Assembly (NCBI GenBank): GCA_947626065.1
Contig: CANQQT010000001.1
Location: 30,183-94,182 of the forward strand
DNA length: 64,000 bases
Direction: 5' to 3'
Source: an uncultured Clostridia bacterium
GTDB taxonomy: Bacteria > Bacillota > Clostridia > Oscillospirales > CAG-272
In this document: one piece after another, positions 54,852-64,000 of the stretch
Layout of the letters: every line of letters starts with the position of its first letter
Position numbering within the stretch: the stretch's first letter is position 1
Translations under genes and position numbers: made by a program
The notes under the pieces: generated by a model
What the model saw: only the letters and a program-made list of their open reading frames with translations
Database searches by the model: none
Told to the model about the DNA's origin: nothing

Positions 54852-55952
54852 ATGAGCGGACTGAAGGAAATCAGAAAAGAAATCAACGGCATCGACCGGG
54901 AGATGGCTGCGCTCTTTGAAAAGAGGATGAAGGCCGCCGCCGCGGTGGCGGAATACAAGAGAAAGCACGGGCTTCCGATTTACGACGCCGACCGGGAACG
55001 GGAGGTCGCCGCCCGCAATTCGGAATTTGTGACCGACCCGCTTCTGCGGGAATATTACGTTCGCTTTATAAACGATACCATGGCGGTGTCGCGGGACTAT
55101 CAGTACCGCCTTCTGAACGGAATGAAGGTGGCCTACAGCGGAACGGCGGGGGCCTTTGCCTATCAGGCGGCAGGGAAGATTTTCCCCCACGCCGAGCGGG
55201 TTTCCTTCGGCAGCTTCCGGGACGCATACGGTGCCGTTGTCGCCGGAAGCTGTGACTGCGCGGTGCTTCCGCTGGAAAACAGCTATGCGGGCGAGGTCGG
55301 GCAGGTTATCGATATGCTCTTCTCAGGGCCTCTTTACGTCAACGGCGTTTACGATCTCCCGGTCGTGCATGACCTTCTGGGGCTTCCCGGCGCCGAAAAG
55401 AAGGACGTGAAAACGGTGGTCAGCCATCCGCAGGCGCTCAGTCAGTGCGCGGAGTACATAAGGGAACACGGCTTTGAGCAGGTGCAGTACGAAAATACCG
55501 CCATGGCGGCAAAATACGTGGCCGCCTGCGGCGATCCCACCAAGGCCGCGATTTGCAGTCGGGAGTGCGCGGAGCTCTTCGGCCTTTCCGTGCTGGACAG
55601 GCAGATCAACGAGAGCAGAAGCAACACCACAAGGTTCGGCGTTTTCACACGCGCCAAATGCACTCCGGGCGGCAATCCCGACGACCCCGGCCTGCGTTTC
55701 ATTCTGATGTTCACCGTGCGCAATCAGGCGGGCTCCCTCGCGGAGGCCATCAACATCATCGGCCGCCACGGCTTCAACATGAATACCCTCCGGAGCCGCC
55801 CGATGAAGGAGCTTCTCTGGAACTACTACTTTTACATCGAGTGCGAAGGCGCGCTTGACGCCGAAAGCGGCGCGGTGATGCTGGAGGAGTTGGCCTGCTG
55901 CTGTGACCGGCTGAAGCTGGCGGGCGCTTACCGCTCGGCCCTATTGGAATAA
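54852..55952 (+). CDS. pheA: Bifunctional chorismate mutase / prephenate dehydratase
   Basis: N-terminal chorismate mutase helix (IRKEINGIDREMAALFEKR), the prephenate dehydratase core (TRF motif) and a C-terminal ACT domain. Confidence 0.9.
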   Translation: MSGLKEIRKEINGIDREMAALFEKRMKAAAAVAEYKRKHGLPIYDADREREVAARNSEFVTDPLLREYYVRFINDTMAVSRDYQYRLLNGMKVAYSGTAGAFAYQAAGKIFPHAERVSFGSFRDAYGAVVAGSCDCAVLPLENSYAGEVGQVIDMLFSGPLYVNGVYDLPVVHDLLGLPGAEKKDVKTVVSHPQALSQCAEYIREHGFEQVQYENTAMAAKYVAACGDPTKAAICSRECAELFGLSVLDRQINESRSNTTRFGVFTRAKCTPGGNPDDPGLRFILMFTVRNQAGSLAEAINIIGRHGFNMNTLRSRPMKELLWNYYFYIECEGALDAESGAVMLEELACCCDRLKLAGAYRSALLE

Positions 55953-55974
55953 CCCCGGAAAGGGAAAACGAAAG

Positions 55975-57003
55975 ATGGATAATGAGGGAAAAATCGTGGA
56001 AAAGCTGACGGTCGATTTGGGGGAGAACCGCTACGAGGTTCGCGTGGGAGAGGGCCTTCTTGACGACGCGGGAAAATATCTGAACCTTGACCGCCGGGTG
56101 CTGGTCGTGACCGACGACGGCGTCCCCGCCGAATACGCGGAGCGGCTGGCGAGACAGTGCAGAGCGCCGGAGATCGTCACCCTTCCGCAGGGAGAGGGAA
56201 GCAAGAGCCTTGACGGCCTTTCGCGGCTTCTGCACGCCATGAAGGAGAAGAATTTCACGCGGAAGGATTGCGTCTGCGCCGTGGGAGGCGGTGTGGTCGG
56301 CGATCTTTCGGGCTTCGCGGCGGCCTCTTATATGCGGGGTGTCGATTTTTACAATCTTCCGACGACGGTGCTTTCCTGCGTCGATTCCTCGGTGGGCGGA
56401 AAGACGGGCATCAATTTCGACGGCATCAAAAATCTCGTCGGCGCCTTCAAACAGCCGAAGGCAGTGCTGGCCGACGTCGGAACGCTCTCGACGCTTCCCC
56501 CGCGGCAGGTGGCAAACGGGCTTGCCGAGGCGGTCAAAATGGCGCTGACCTTCGACGAGGCGTTCTTTTCCCTCTTTGAAAAGGGAAATCCCGAGGAAAA
56601 TCTCCCCGAAATCCTCTGCCGCTCGATCGCCTGTAAAATAAAGGTCGTCGAGCAGGACGAGAAGGAGCAGGGGCTCCGGCGGGTGCTGAATTTCGGCCAC
56701 ACCCTCGGCCACGGGATCGAGAGCCTCGGGTTGGGTCTCTATCACGGGGAGTGCGTAGCGCTCGGAATGCTTCCGATGTGCTCGGAAGAGGTCGGGGCGC
56801 GGCTGAGGGCCGTGCTGAAAAGACTGAAGCTTCCGACCTCCCTCTCCTTTGACCGGGAAGCGGCGCTGGAAGCGGTTCTTCACGACAAAAAGTCGGTGGG
56901 AGGCGCCGTCGCCGCCGTCTTCGTCGAAAGCGTCGGGAGCTTTGAAATCCGGGAAATCGGCGAGGACGAGCTCAGGAAACGGCTTCTTTCGATCGAAGGA
57001 TAA
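55975..57003 (+). CDS. aroB: 3-dehydroquinate synthase
   Basis: GGGVVGDLSGFAAA, the GKTGIN motif and the metal-binding sequence HTLGHG. Confidence 0.92.
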   Translation: MDNEGKIVEKLTVDLGENRYEVRVGEGLLDDAGKYLNLDRRVLVVTDDGVPAEYAERLARQCRAPEIVTLPQGEGSKSLDGLSRLLHAMKEKNFTRKDCVCAVGGGVVGDLSGFAAASYMRGVDFYNLPTTVLSCVDSSVGGKTGINFDGIKNLVGAFKQPKAVLADVGTLSTLPPRQVANGLAEAVKMALTFDEAFFSLFEKGNPEENLPEILCRSIACKIKVVEQDEKEQGLRRVLNFGHTLGHGIESLGLGLYHGECVALGMLPMCSEEVGARLRAVLKRLKLPTSLSFDREAALEAVLHDKKSVGGAVAAVFVESVGSFEIREIGEDELRKRLLSIEG

Positions 57004-57154
57004 AAAAACCGCGAACCGCGAAAGAGCCGACGAAAAGGGCAGAAAAGGGCCGCTTGAGGCCGATTTGGCCGCGAAAACGCTTCGCCGGGGACGGCAAGGC
57101 GCGGATAAAAATACGCGGAAAGAAGAAACAAGAAAAGAAAGGGTGCGAAAAGCG

Positions 57155-58270
57155 ATGAAAAACACCTTCGGGTCGGCTATTTCGGTGACGCTGGCGGGGG
57201 AAAGCCACGGGGGAGCCATTACCGTGATTCTCGACGGAATCCTTCCCGGTCTTCCCTTCGATGCCGACTATATCGCCTCCCGTCTGTCGCTTCGCAGACC
57301 GTCGGGGAGCATTTCGACGGCGAGAAGAGAGGCCGACGAATTTTCGGTTCTTTCGGGGGTTTTTGAGGGAAAAACGACCGGTACGCCGATCTGCCTCACG
57401 ATTCCGAACGCCGACACAAGAAGCCGCGACTACGAAGCGACGGCGGCGCTTCCCCGTCCGGGCCATGCCGATTATACGGCGGAGGTCAAATATCACGGCT
57501 TTCAGGATTATCGGGGCGGCGGGCATTTTTCCGGCCGGGTGACGGCGGGACTCGTCGCGGCGGGAGCCGTCTGCGCGCTTGCTCTTCACAGATGCGGAAT
57601 TTTCATCGGTACCCACCTGTCCCTCTGCGGCGGGGTGGAGGATCGCCCCTTCGGGAATCTTGCGGAGGATCTTGCTTTTCTGTCCGACAAGAGCTTTCCG
57701 GTTCTTTCCCCCGAGGCGGGGGAGCGGATGGTCGCGGCCATCGAGGAGGCGAAGCGAGAGGGCGACAGCGTCGGCGGCCTTCTTGAAACGGCGGTAACAG
57801 GGCTTCCCGCCGGCGTCGGGGAGCCGTGGTTCGATTCCTTTGAGGGGAGGCTTTCCCACATTCTCTTTTCAATCCCCGGCATCAAGGGGGTCGCCTTCGG
57901 AAGCGGCTTCGGCTTTGCCTCTCTGAGAGGAAGTCAGGCCAACGATCCCTTCGCGGAGGAAAACGGGACTGTCGTGACGAAGAGTAATCACAGCGGGGGA
58001 ATCAACGGCGGAATCACCAACGGAATGCCGGTTCTCTTCCACTGCGCGGTGAGGCCGACGCCCTCGATAGCAAGAGAGCAGGATACCGTCGATATGAAGA
58101 ACGGCGGGGAGAGAAAGCTCGCTGTTGCGGGGCGGCACGATCCCTGCATCGCCCACCGGGCGGCGCACGTCGTAAACGCCTGTACGGCCATCGCGGTTCT
58201 CGACCTTCTTGCCGAGCGGTACGGGACCGATTTGACGGGCCTTTCGCCTCTTTCAAAAAAGGAAGGCTGA
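57155..58270 (+). CDS. aroC: Chorismate synthase
   Basis: GESHG, RPGHAD and GRHDPC motifs. The start is moved to ATG 57155 (MKNTFGS). Confidence 0.92.
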   Translation: MKNTFGSAISVTLAGESHGGAITVILDGILPGLPFDADYIASRLSLRRPSGSISTARREADEFSVLSGVFEGKTTGTPICLTIPNADTRSRDYEATAALPRPGHADYTAEVKYHGFQDYRGGGHFSGRVTAGLVAAGAVCALALHRCGIFIGTHLSLCGGVEDRPFGNLAEDLAFLSDKSFPVLSPEAGERMVAAIEEAKREGDSVGGLLETAVTGLPAGVGEPWFDSFEGRLSHILFSIPGIKGVAFGSGFGFASLRGSQANDPFAEENGTVVTKSNHSGGINGGITNGMPVLFHCAVRPTPSIAREQDTVDMKNGGERKLAVAGRHDPCIAHRAAHVVNACTAIAVLDLLAERYGTDLTGLSPLSKKEG

Positions 58271-58296
58271 GAGTCCCCGGAAAGGAGAAAAACGGT

Positions 58297-59604
58297 ATGG
58301 AATACGGGCTGATAGGGGAGAAGCTGGGACACAGCTTTTCGGGAGAAATTCACGGAAAAATCGGAGCCTATCCCTATGAGCTGAGGGAAATTCCCCGGGA
58401 AGGGCTGAGGCCCTTTCTTGAAGAAAAAAATTTCAAGGGTATAAACGTCACCATTCCCTATAAACAGCAGGTGATCCCCTATCTCGATCACGTCGAGGAG
58501 ACCGCCGCTTCGATCGGGGCGGTCAATACCGTCGTCAATCGCGGCGGGGAGCTCTGGGGCTATAACACCGACATTTACGGCCTCACGGAGCTGATTCGCC
58601 GGGTGCTGAGAAGGAGCGGGCGACAGACGCTCGAAGGCCTGCGCGTTCTGATTCTCGGGACGGGAGGAACCTCTCTCACCGCCCGGGCGGCGGCGAAGGC
58701 GCTGGGGGCAAAGGAGATTTTCCGGGTGAGCAGAAGCCGGAAGGAGGACGCCCTTTCCTACGAAGAGACGGTGCGGGAGGTTCCCGACGCCGGATTTCTG
58801 ATCAATTGTACGCCGGCGGGAATGTTCCCGGACGTCGGGGGGATTCCGATTCATCCCTCCCGCTTCCCCTCGCTGGTCGGGGTCTGCGACGCGGTCTTCA
58901 ATCCTCTCCGGACAAGGCTGATAAGAGAAGCGCTTGAAAGCGGGATTCCCGCCGAGGGCGGACTGTATATGCTCGTCGCGCAGGCGGTGGCCGCCTATGA
59001 AAAATTCTTCGGTCACGAGGCCGGGGAAGCGGACGGTTCCCCGGCAGAAGCAAAGAATCCCGCGTCGCTTGTCGATGCCGTTTTCGGGGAAATTCAGGCC
59101 GAAAAGACCAACCTCGTCCTCATCGGAATGCCGGCCTGCGGAAAGACTACCGTCGGAAAGCTACTGGCCAAAAGGCGGGGGAGCCGGTTTTACGATACCG
59201 ACGCCGAAATTGTGGCGCGGGAGGGAAAAAGCATTCCCGAAATTTTCGCCGAGAACGGGGAGGAGTACTTCCGGGGTGTCGAAAGCGCGGTCATTTCCTC
59301 CCTTTCCGAAAGAGCGGAGGGCGCCGTCATCGCCACCGGCGGCGGAGCGGTTTTGAACAAGAGCAACATGGACAGCCTTTCGGCGAACGGGAGGATTCTT
59401 TACCTCGACAGGCCCCTGTCCCTCCTCACCCCGACCGCCGATCGGCCGACCGCCTCCGACCGGGAGGCCATCCAAAGGCGGTACGAAGAGAGAAAGCCGC
59501 TCTATGAAAAATACTGCGACGTCGCAATCGACGCCTCCGGCGGCAAGGAGCAGACGGTGGAGAAGATTCTTTTGGAGATTGAGAAGCTATGGAAATCGAA
59601 ATAA
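58297..59604 (+). CDS. aroE/aroK: Fusion of shikimate dehydrogenase (N-terminal) and shikimate kinase (C-terminal)
   Basis: The AroE-like N-terminus has GTGGTS. The C-terminal part has the P-loop GMPACGKTT and a DTD motif. Confidence 0.88.
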   Translation: MEYGLIGEKLGHSFSGEIHGKIGAYPYELREIPREGLRPFLEEKNFKGINVTIPYKQQVIPYLDHVEETAASIGAVNTVVNRGGELWGYNTDIYGLTELIRRVLRRSGRQTLEGLRVLILGTGGTSLTARAAAKALGAKEIFRVSRSRKEDALSYEETVREVPDAGFLINCTPAGMFPDVGGIPIHPSRFPSLVGVCDAVFNPLRTRLIREALESGIPAEGGLYMLVAQAVAAYEKFFGHEAGEADGSPAEAKNPASLVDAVFGEIQAEKTNLVLIGMPACGKTTVGKLLAKRRGSRFYDTDAEIVAREGKSIPEIFAENGEEYFRGVESAVISSLSERAEGAVIATGGGAVLNKSNMDSLSANGRILYLDRPLSLLTPTADRPTASDREAIQRRYEERKPLYEKYCDVAIDASGGKEQTVEKILLEIEKLWKSK

Positions 59605-60788
59605 AAAAAGGCCGATACCGTGGGGTCGTCCCGGCCCCTCCCTCCAAAAGCGACGCCCATCGGCTCCTCATCTGCGGGGGGCTTTCCGAAGGAACAAGCG
59701 TCATACACGGAGTCAGCGACTCGGAGGATATGAAGGCGACGCTCGACTGCCTTGCCGCCCTCGGGGCGGTCTATGAAAAGACGGGGGACACCGTCACCGT
59801 CGAAGGGGCCTCCCCGTTTTTGAGGGAAAAGGAGCTTTTCCCCTGCCGGGAGAGCGGAAGCACGCTGCGGTTTTTTCTCCCGCTTTGCCTTCTGTCGGAG
59901 CGGCGGGCCTTCATGACCGGCAGTCCCACCCTCCTTTCAAGGCCTCTTGACGTCTATGAGGAGATCTGCCTCGGGCAGGGCCTGCTCTTCGAGCGGGAGG
60001 AGGAGGGCCTCCTTCTTCAAGGGCCGCTGAGCGGAGGCGCCTTCAAGATCCCCGGCGGCATTTCCAGTCAGTTTGTCAGCGGGCTGATGTTCGCGCTTCC
60101 GCTGCTTGAGGACTACAGCCTGCTTGAGCTGATTCCTCCCGTCGCCTCTCGCTCCTATATCGATATGACGGTCGACGCGCTGGGAAAATTCGGCGTCAGG
60201 GCCGAGCTCACCGAGGAGAACAGCGTGATTCTGCCGGGAAAGCAGAAATACCACCCGGCGGAGGTCACGGCGGAGGGGGATTGGTCCAACGCCGCCTTCT
60301 TCCTCGCCATGGAGGCGCTGGGACAGGATATCACAGTCACGGGGTTGGACCGGGAGACGTATCAGGGCGACGCGGTAGTCAAAAGACTTCTGCCCCGCCT
60401 CGGAAGATACCGCCCGACGGTGGATATTGAAAACTGTCCGGATCTTGCCCCGGTGCTGATGGCCGTCTCCGCGGCGATGAACGGCGCCGATTTTGTCAAC
60501 ACCGACCGACTGAAAATCAAGGAGAGCGACCGGGGACAGGCCATGGCGGAGGAGCTTGCCAAGTTCGGCGTCCGGGTCACCGTGGGGGACAACGTGATTT
60601 CCGTCGACGCCCCGCGTGAGCTGAGGACGCCGAAAGAAAAAATCAACGGGCACAACGATCACCGAATCGTGATGGCCTGCGCGGTGCTTCTCACCCTGAC
60701 CGGCGGCGTCCTTGAAGGGGCCGAGGCGGTGAGAAAGAGCTATCCAGACTTCTTTTCGGAGCTTCTGCGGCTCCGGGACGGGGAATAA
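59589..60788 (+). CDS. aroA: 3-phosphoshikimate 1-carboxyvinyltransferase (EPSP synthase)
   Basis: PPSKSDAHR N-terminus and the LKIKESDR and DHRIVMA motifs. Confidence 0.92.
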   Translation: MEIEIKKGRYRGVVPAPPSKSDAHRLLICGGLSEGTSVIHGVSDSEDMKATLDCLAALGAVYEKTGDTVTVEGASPFLREKELFPCRESGSTLRFFLPLCLLSERRAFMTGSPTLLSRPLDVYEEICLGQGLLFEREEEGLLLQGPLSGGAFKIPGGISSQFVSGLMFALPLLEDYSLLELIPPVASRSYIDMTVDALGKFGVRAELTEENSVILPGKQKYHPAEVTAEGDWSNAAFFLAMEALGQDITVTGLDRETYQGDAVVKRLLPRLGRYRPTVDIENCPDLAPVLMAVSAAMNGADFVNTDRLKIKESDRGQAMAEELAKFGVRVTVGDNVISVDAPRELRTPKEKINGHNDHRIVMACAVLLTLTGGVLEGAEAVRKSYPDFFSELLRLRDGE

Positions 60789-60839
60789 AAATCCAAAAAG
60801 GCAAAACCCAAAGCAATACCAAGGAAAAAGGCAATACCA

Positions 60840-61697
60840 ATGAACCTGAACAAAAACACAAAAATACTGATCGTAGGACTCGGGCTGATGGGAGGAAGCT
60901 ACGCCATAGCCTTGAAGAAAAAGGGCTATTCCGTCGGCTGTATCACAAGAAGCCGCGAGTCGGTGGATTTCGCGCTGGAAAAGGGAATCATCGATTACGG
61001 TTCCACGACGCCGGACCCCGCCGTCATCGGGGAGGCGGATCTGCTTGTCTTCGCCCTCTATCCGCACGTTTTTATCGACTGGATTGAAAAATGGCAGAAG
61101 TATTTGAAGCCCGGCGCGCTTCTTACCGACGTCACGGGAGTGAAAACCTCCGTGGTCTATAAGATACAGGCCCTCCTCCGGGAGGACGTCGAATTTATCG
61201 CCGCGCATCCCATGACCGGACGGGAGGTCTACGGAGTCAAAAACAGCACCGACGCCATCTTCCGGGAGGCAAATTACATCGTCACCCCGACCGCAAAGAA
61301 CACGCCGGAGGCGATCGAAACCGCCAAGCGCCTCGGGGAGGAGCTCGGGTTTGCGAGAATCTCACAGCTTACCCCCGAGGAGCACGACGAAATCATCGCC
61401 TTCGTCTCGCAGCTTACCCACTGCATAGCGGTGTCTCTCATGACCTGCAACAGCCTTGACCGACTGGAGGACTATACGGGAAACTCCTTCCGGGATCTGA
61501 CAAGAATCGCCCATATCAACGAGGATATGTGGAGCGAGCTGTTTTTGCTCAACAAGAAGGCCCTGCTCAACGAAATGGAGCTCTTTCAGAAGCAGTTTGA
61601 AAAGCTCCGCCGCTCCCTTGAGGAGGAGGATCTTGAAACGATGAAGGCCATCATGCGTCAGTCGACGGAACGCCGCGACGCCTTTGACAGAGGATAA
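60840..61697 (+). CDS. tyrA: Prephenate dehydrogenase
   Basis: Rossmann motif IVGLGLMGGS and AAHPMTG. Confidence 0.88.
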   Translation: MNLNKNTKILIVGLGLMGGSYAIALKKKGYSVGCITRSRESVDFALEKGIIDYGSTTPDPAVIGEADLLVFALYPHVFIDWIEKWQKYLKPGALLTDVTGVKTSVVYKIQALLREDVEFIAAHPMTGREVYGVKNSTDAIFREANYIVTPTAKNTPEAIETAKRLGEELGFARISQLTPEEHDEIIAFVSQLTHCIAVSLMTCNSLDRLEDYTGNSFRDLTRIAHINEDMWSELFLLNKKALLNEMELFQKQFEKLRRSLEEEDLETMKAIMRQSTERRDAFDRG

Positions 61698-61811
61698 AGG
61701 CAAGGCTTCCGACGGACGGGGTCGCGAAGCCCCCGCAACCGCCGAAAGATACGGTTAGAAAAAGAAAATTTTTGTCCCGGTTTATTGTTTACCGGAGAAA
61801 GGAAATCAGCC

Positions 61812-62840
61812 ATGAATATGGAATTTTACAGAAAGCTCCCGATCCCGCTTCAGATCAAGGAGCAGTACCCGCTCTCCCCGGAGCTCGCCGAAAAGAAGAA
61901 GGCGGAGGATGAGGAGATCCGGAAAATCTTTACGGGGGAATCGGACAAGTTCCTGCTTGTTATCGGCCCCTGCTCGGCGGACAACGAGGATTCGGTGATC
62001 GACTATATTTCCCGCCTGAGAAGGGTGCAGGATAAGGTCGCCGACAAAATCGTCATCGTCCCGCGAATCTACACAAACAAGCCGAGGACGACGGGGGAGG
62101 GCTACAAGGGAATGCTTCACCAGCCGAATCCCAACGAGCGTCCGGATATGCTGAAGGGCGTCATCGCCATTCGCTCCCTCCATATGCGTGCGCTGGCCGA
62201 GACCGGCTTCTCCTGCGCGGACGAGATGCTCTATCCGGAAAATCACCGCTATCTCTCCGACCTCCTCTCCTACGTGGCGGTGGGCGCCCGGTCGGTGGAG
62301 GATCAGCAGCACAGGCTCTGCGCAAGCGGGCTGGATATCCCCGTCGGAATGAAGAACCCGACGAGCGGAGATATCTCGATCATGCTCAATTCCATCACCG
62401 CCGCTCAGCATTCCCACACCTTTATTTACCGCGGCTGGGAGGTGAAGTCCCACGGAAATCCTCTGACGCACGCCATTCTGCGCGGGTACGTGGACAATCA
62501 CGGCATCGCCCATCCCAACTATCACTACGAGGATCTGATCGGCCTGTTTGAGGAATATTCCTCCAAGGGCCTCCAGAATATGGCGGTGCTGGTCGATACC
62601 AACCATTCCAACTCCGGCAAGAAGTGGTTCGAGCAGATCCGGATTGCCAAGGAAGTGCTTCACAGCCGCCGTTATTCCTCCGATTTGAGGGGCTTCGTCA
62701 AGGGCCTGATGATCGAAAGCTATATAGAGGACGGAAGTCAGAAGATCGGGGAGAACGTCTACGGGAAATCGATCACCGACCCCTGCCTCGGATGGGAAAA
62801 GACTGAAGCGCTGATTTACGAGATCGCGGAAGGAATTTAA
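61812..62840 (+). CDS. 3-deoxy-7-phosphoheptulonate (DAHP) synthase, class I
   Basis: LLVIGPCS, KPRT and GxKNP-type motifs. ATG at 61812 follows GGAGAAAGGAAA. Confidence 0.88.
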   Translation: MNMEFYRKLPIPLQIKEQYPLSPELAEKKKAEDEEIRKIFTGESDKFLLVIGPCSADNEDSVIDYISRLRRVQDKVADKIVIVPRIYTNKPRTTGEGYKGMLHQPNPNERPDMLKGVIAIRSLHMRALAETGFSCADEMLYPENHRYLSDLLSYVAVGARSVEDQQHRLCASGLDIPVGMKNPTSGDISIMLNSITAAQHSHTFIYRGWEVKSHGNPLTHAILRGYVDNHGIAHPNYHYEDLIGLFEEYSSKGLQNMAVLVDTNHSNSGKKWFEQIRIAKEVLHSRRYSSDLRGFVKGLMIESYIEDGSQKIGENVYGKSITDPCLGWEKTEALIYEIAEGI

Positions 62841-62843
62841 TGC

Positions 62844-62874
62844 GGAGCGGCGCCACGCGCCGCTCCTTCTTTTT
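62844..62874 (+). terminator. Rho-independent terminator of the aromatic cluster
   Basis: GGAGCGGCGC-cac-GCGCCGCTCC followed by TTCTTTTT. Confidence 0.85.
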
Positions 62875-62969
62875 CGGGAAAAGAGGCGGAGTCCCTCCTT
62901 TTTTGCACCGGATTCTTGAACAAAAAGTAAAACTTTGAGGGATTTTGAAAAAACTGCGCCGGGGAAGGC

Positions 62970-62998
62970 TTTACAAGCCGCGATTTTTGTGGTAAGAT
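62970..62998 (+). promoter_or_regulatory. Promoter with extended -10 (TTTACA-17-TGgTAAGAT)
   Basis: TTTACA at 62970-62975 and TAAGAT at 62993-62998, preceded by TGG. Confidence 0.55.
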
Positions 62999-63096
62999 AT
63001 AAGAGCTGTAATATTTTTCCTTGAAATATGGACAAACCGTGTCCGGAAAAGCGCGCGGTGCGAAAGGAAGGGCGGAACTCCGCCCCGGTCTGCGGT

Positions 63097-64000
63097 ATGG
63101 TAAGAGAGTATCTGAGCAAAAACGTATACGAGGCCTTTCTTGAAAGGATCGAGTTCCTGTTCCGGGAATTTGACAACATCTATGTCTCCTTCAGCGGAGG
63201 AAAGGACAGCGGGCTCTTATTGAACCTCGTCATGGACTGGCGGCGGGAGCATTGCCCCGACCGACCGATCGGGATTTATCATCAGGATTTCGAGGCGCAG
63301 TATACCCTGACGACGGAATACATCACAAGAACCTTTGAAAAGTACGAAAAGGAAGCCGAGTGCTATTGGGTCTGCCTTCCGATGGCGACCCGGACGGCGC
63401 TGAGCAGCTATGAAATGTACTGGTATCCGTGGGACGATACCAAAGAGGAGCTTTGGGTTCGGCCGATGCCCGACAAGCCGTACGTAGTCAACCTTGACAA
63501 CCCGTTTCAGCATTACCGATACAAAATGCATCAGGAGGACCTCGCAAGACAGTTCGGAAGGTTCTATCGGGAGGCGCACGGGGGAAAGAAGACCGTCTGC
63601 CTTCTCGGAATGCGGGCGGAGGAATCGCTGCAGAGGTACAGCGGATTTCTCAACAAGAAGTACGGATATAAAGGGGAATGCTGGATCACCGACAGCTTCA
63701 AGAACGTCTGGTGCGCCTCCCCGCTCTACGACTGGACCGTAAGCGACGTCTGGAAGGCCACCTATAAGTTCGACTATGACTATAACGGCCTGTACGACCT
63801 CTATTATAAGGCCGGGCTGACGCCCGATCAGATGAGAGTCGCCTCCCCCTTCAACGACTATTCCAAGGACAGCCTCAACCTTTATCGTGTGATCGATCCC
63901 GTCATCTGGACCCGCCTTGTCGGAAGGGTGCGGGGGGCGAATTTCGGGGCGATTTACGGAAAAACCAAGGCGATGGGCTTCCGCAACATTACCCTCCCGG
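63097..64000 (+). CDS. PAPS-reductase-like PP-loop protein with a DUF3440-type C-terminal region (IbrA-like), truncated by the window end
   Basis: I translated this myself; it is absent from the ORF track because no stop is reached. The PP-loop SFSGGKDSG is present and the frame stays open to 64000. An alternative in-frame ATG lies at 63028. Confidence 0.75.
   Translation, partial: MVREYLSKNVYEAFLERIEFLFREFDNIYVSFSGGKDSGLLLNLVMDWRREHCPDRPIGIYHQDFEAQYTLTTEYITRTFEKYEKEAECYWVCLPMATRTALSSYEMYWYPWDDTKEELWVRPMPDKPYVVNLDNPFQHYRYKMHQEDLARQFGRFYREAHGGKKTVCLLGMRAEESLQRYSGFLNKKYGYKGECWITDSFKNVWCASPLYDWTVSDVWKATYKFDYDYNGLYDLYYKAGLTPDQMRVASPFNDYSKDSLNLYRVIDPVIWTRLVGRVRGANFGAIYGKTKAMGFRNITLP

Noticed and set aside
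55774-63179. Series of long minus-strand ORFs (55774-57219, 57988-59016, 59937-61208, 61806-63179)
   Set aside because: They lie antisense to the aromatic cluster genes, all of which carry diagnostic motifs on the plus strand.

Overview
This window reads as the replication-origin neighbourhood of a high-GC Firmicutes/Clostridia-type chromosome. All calls come from motif and family recognition by eye; no searches were run.

Gene content, left to right:
- rsmG (3' end), an MsbA-like ABC exporter, a lipoprotein, and a COG2984/4120/1101-type ABC importer.
- An SPFH protein with a small ribbon-helix-helix (RHH) partner, then a Fur-family regulator with reverse rubrerythrin.
- A Noc-position ParB paralog, soj and spo0J, then serS, a small membrane protein, a MORN-repeat protein and a TIGR01212 radical SAM protein.
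- The block gyrA<-gyrB<-remB<-recF<-dnaN<-dnaA on the minus strand, preceded by an FGGY sugar kinase and rny.
- A GNAT, a PflX-like radical SAM protein and comEC.
- A single low-GC gene encoding a sigma-70/ECF domain fused to a large unknown domain.
- A four-gene glycolipid/phospholipid cluster and an AI-2E transporter.
- An ABC-2 / two GldG-like / DUF4340 cluster, then cysK, an S51-like protein, and an aminotransferase-methyltransferase-rsmI operon.
- A near-complete aromatic amino-acid supercluster (pheA, aroB, aroC, aroE/K, aroA, tyrA, DAHP synthase).
- The 5' part of an IbrA-like PAPS-reductase/DUF3440 gene running off the right edge.

Most interesting signals:
1. Eight parS sites spaced about 65 bp apart, built from a tandemly amplified ~200-bp unit, lying between the two ParB paralogs and just upstream of the soj-spo0J promoter.
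2. Ten DnaA boxes in the gyrB-gyrA spacer. The dnaA-dnaN spacer carries a compact unwinding module (AT-rich tract, TAG/AAG trios, GC cluster, boxes). dnaA itself has only a 39-bp upstream gap.
3. A rearranged origin synteny.
4. The low-GC sigma-fusion islet.
5. An unannotated 35-aa Cys-rich membrane peptide gene with a strongly structured leader.
6. Several families of degenerate tandem repeats in unusually long non-coding spacers.

No rRNA, tRNA, CRISPR array or obvious mobile element was seen. Many long ORFs in the supplied track are antisense shadows of real genes, as expected in GC-rich DNA, and were rejected.
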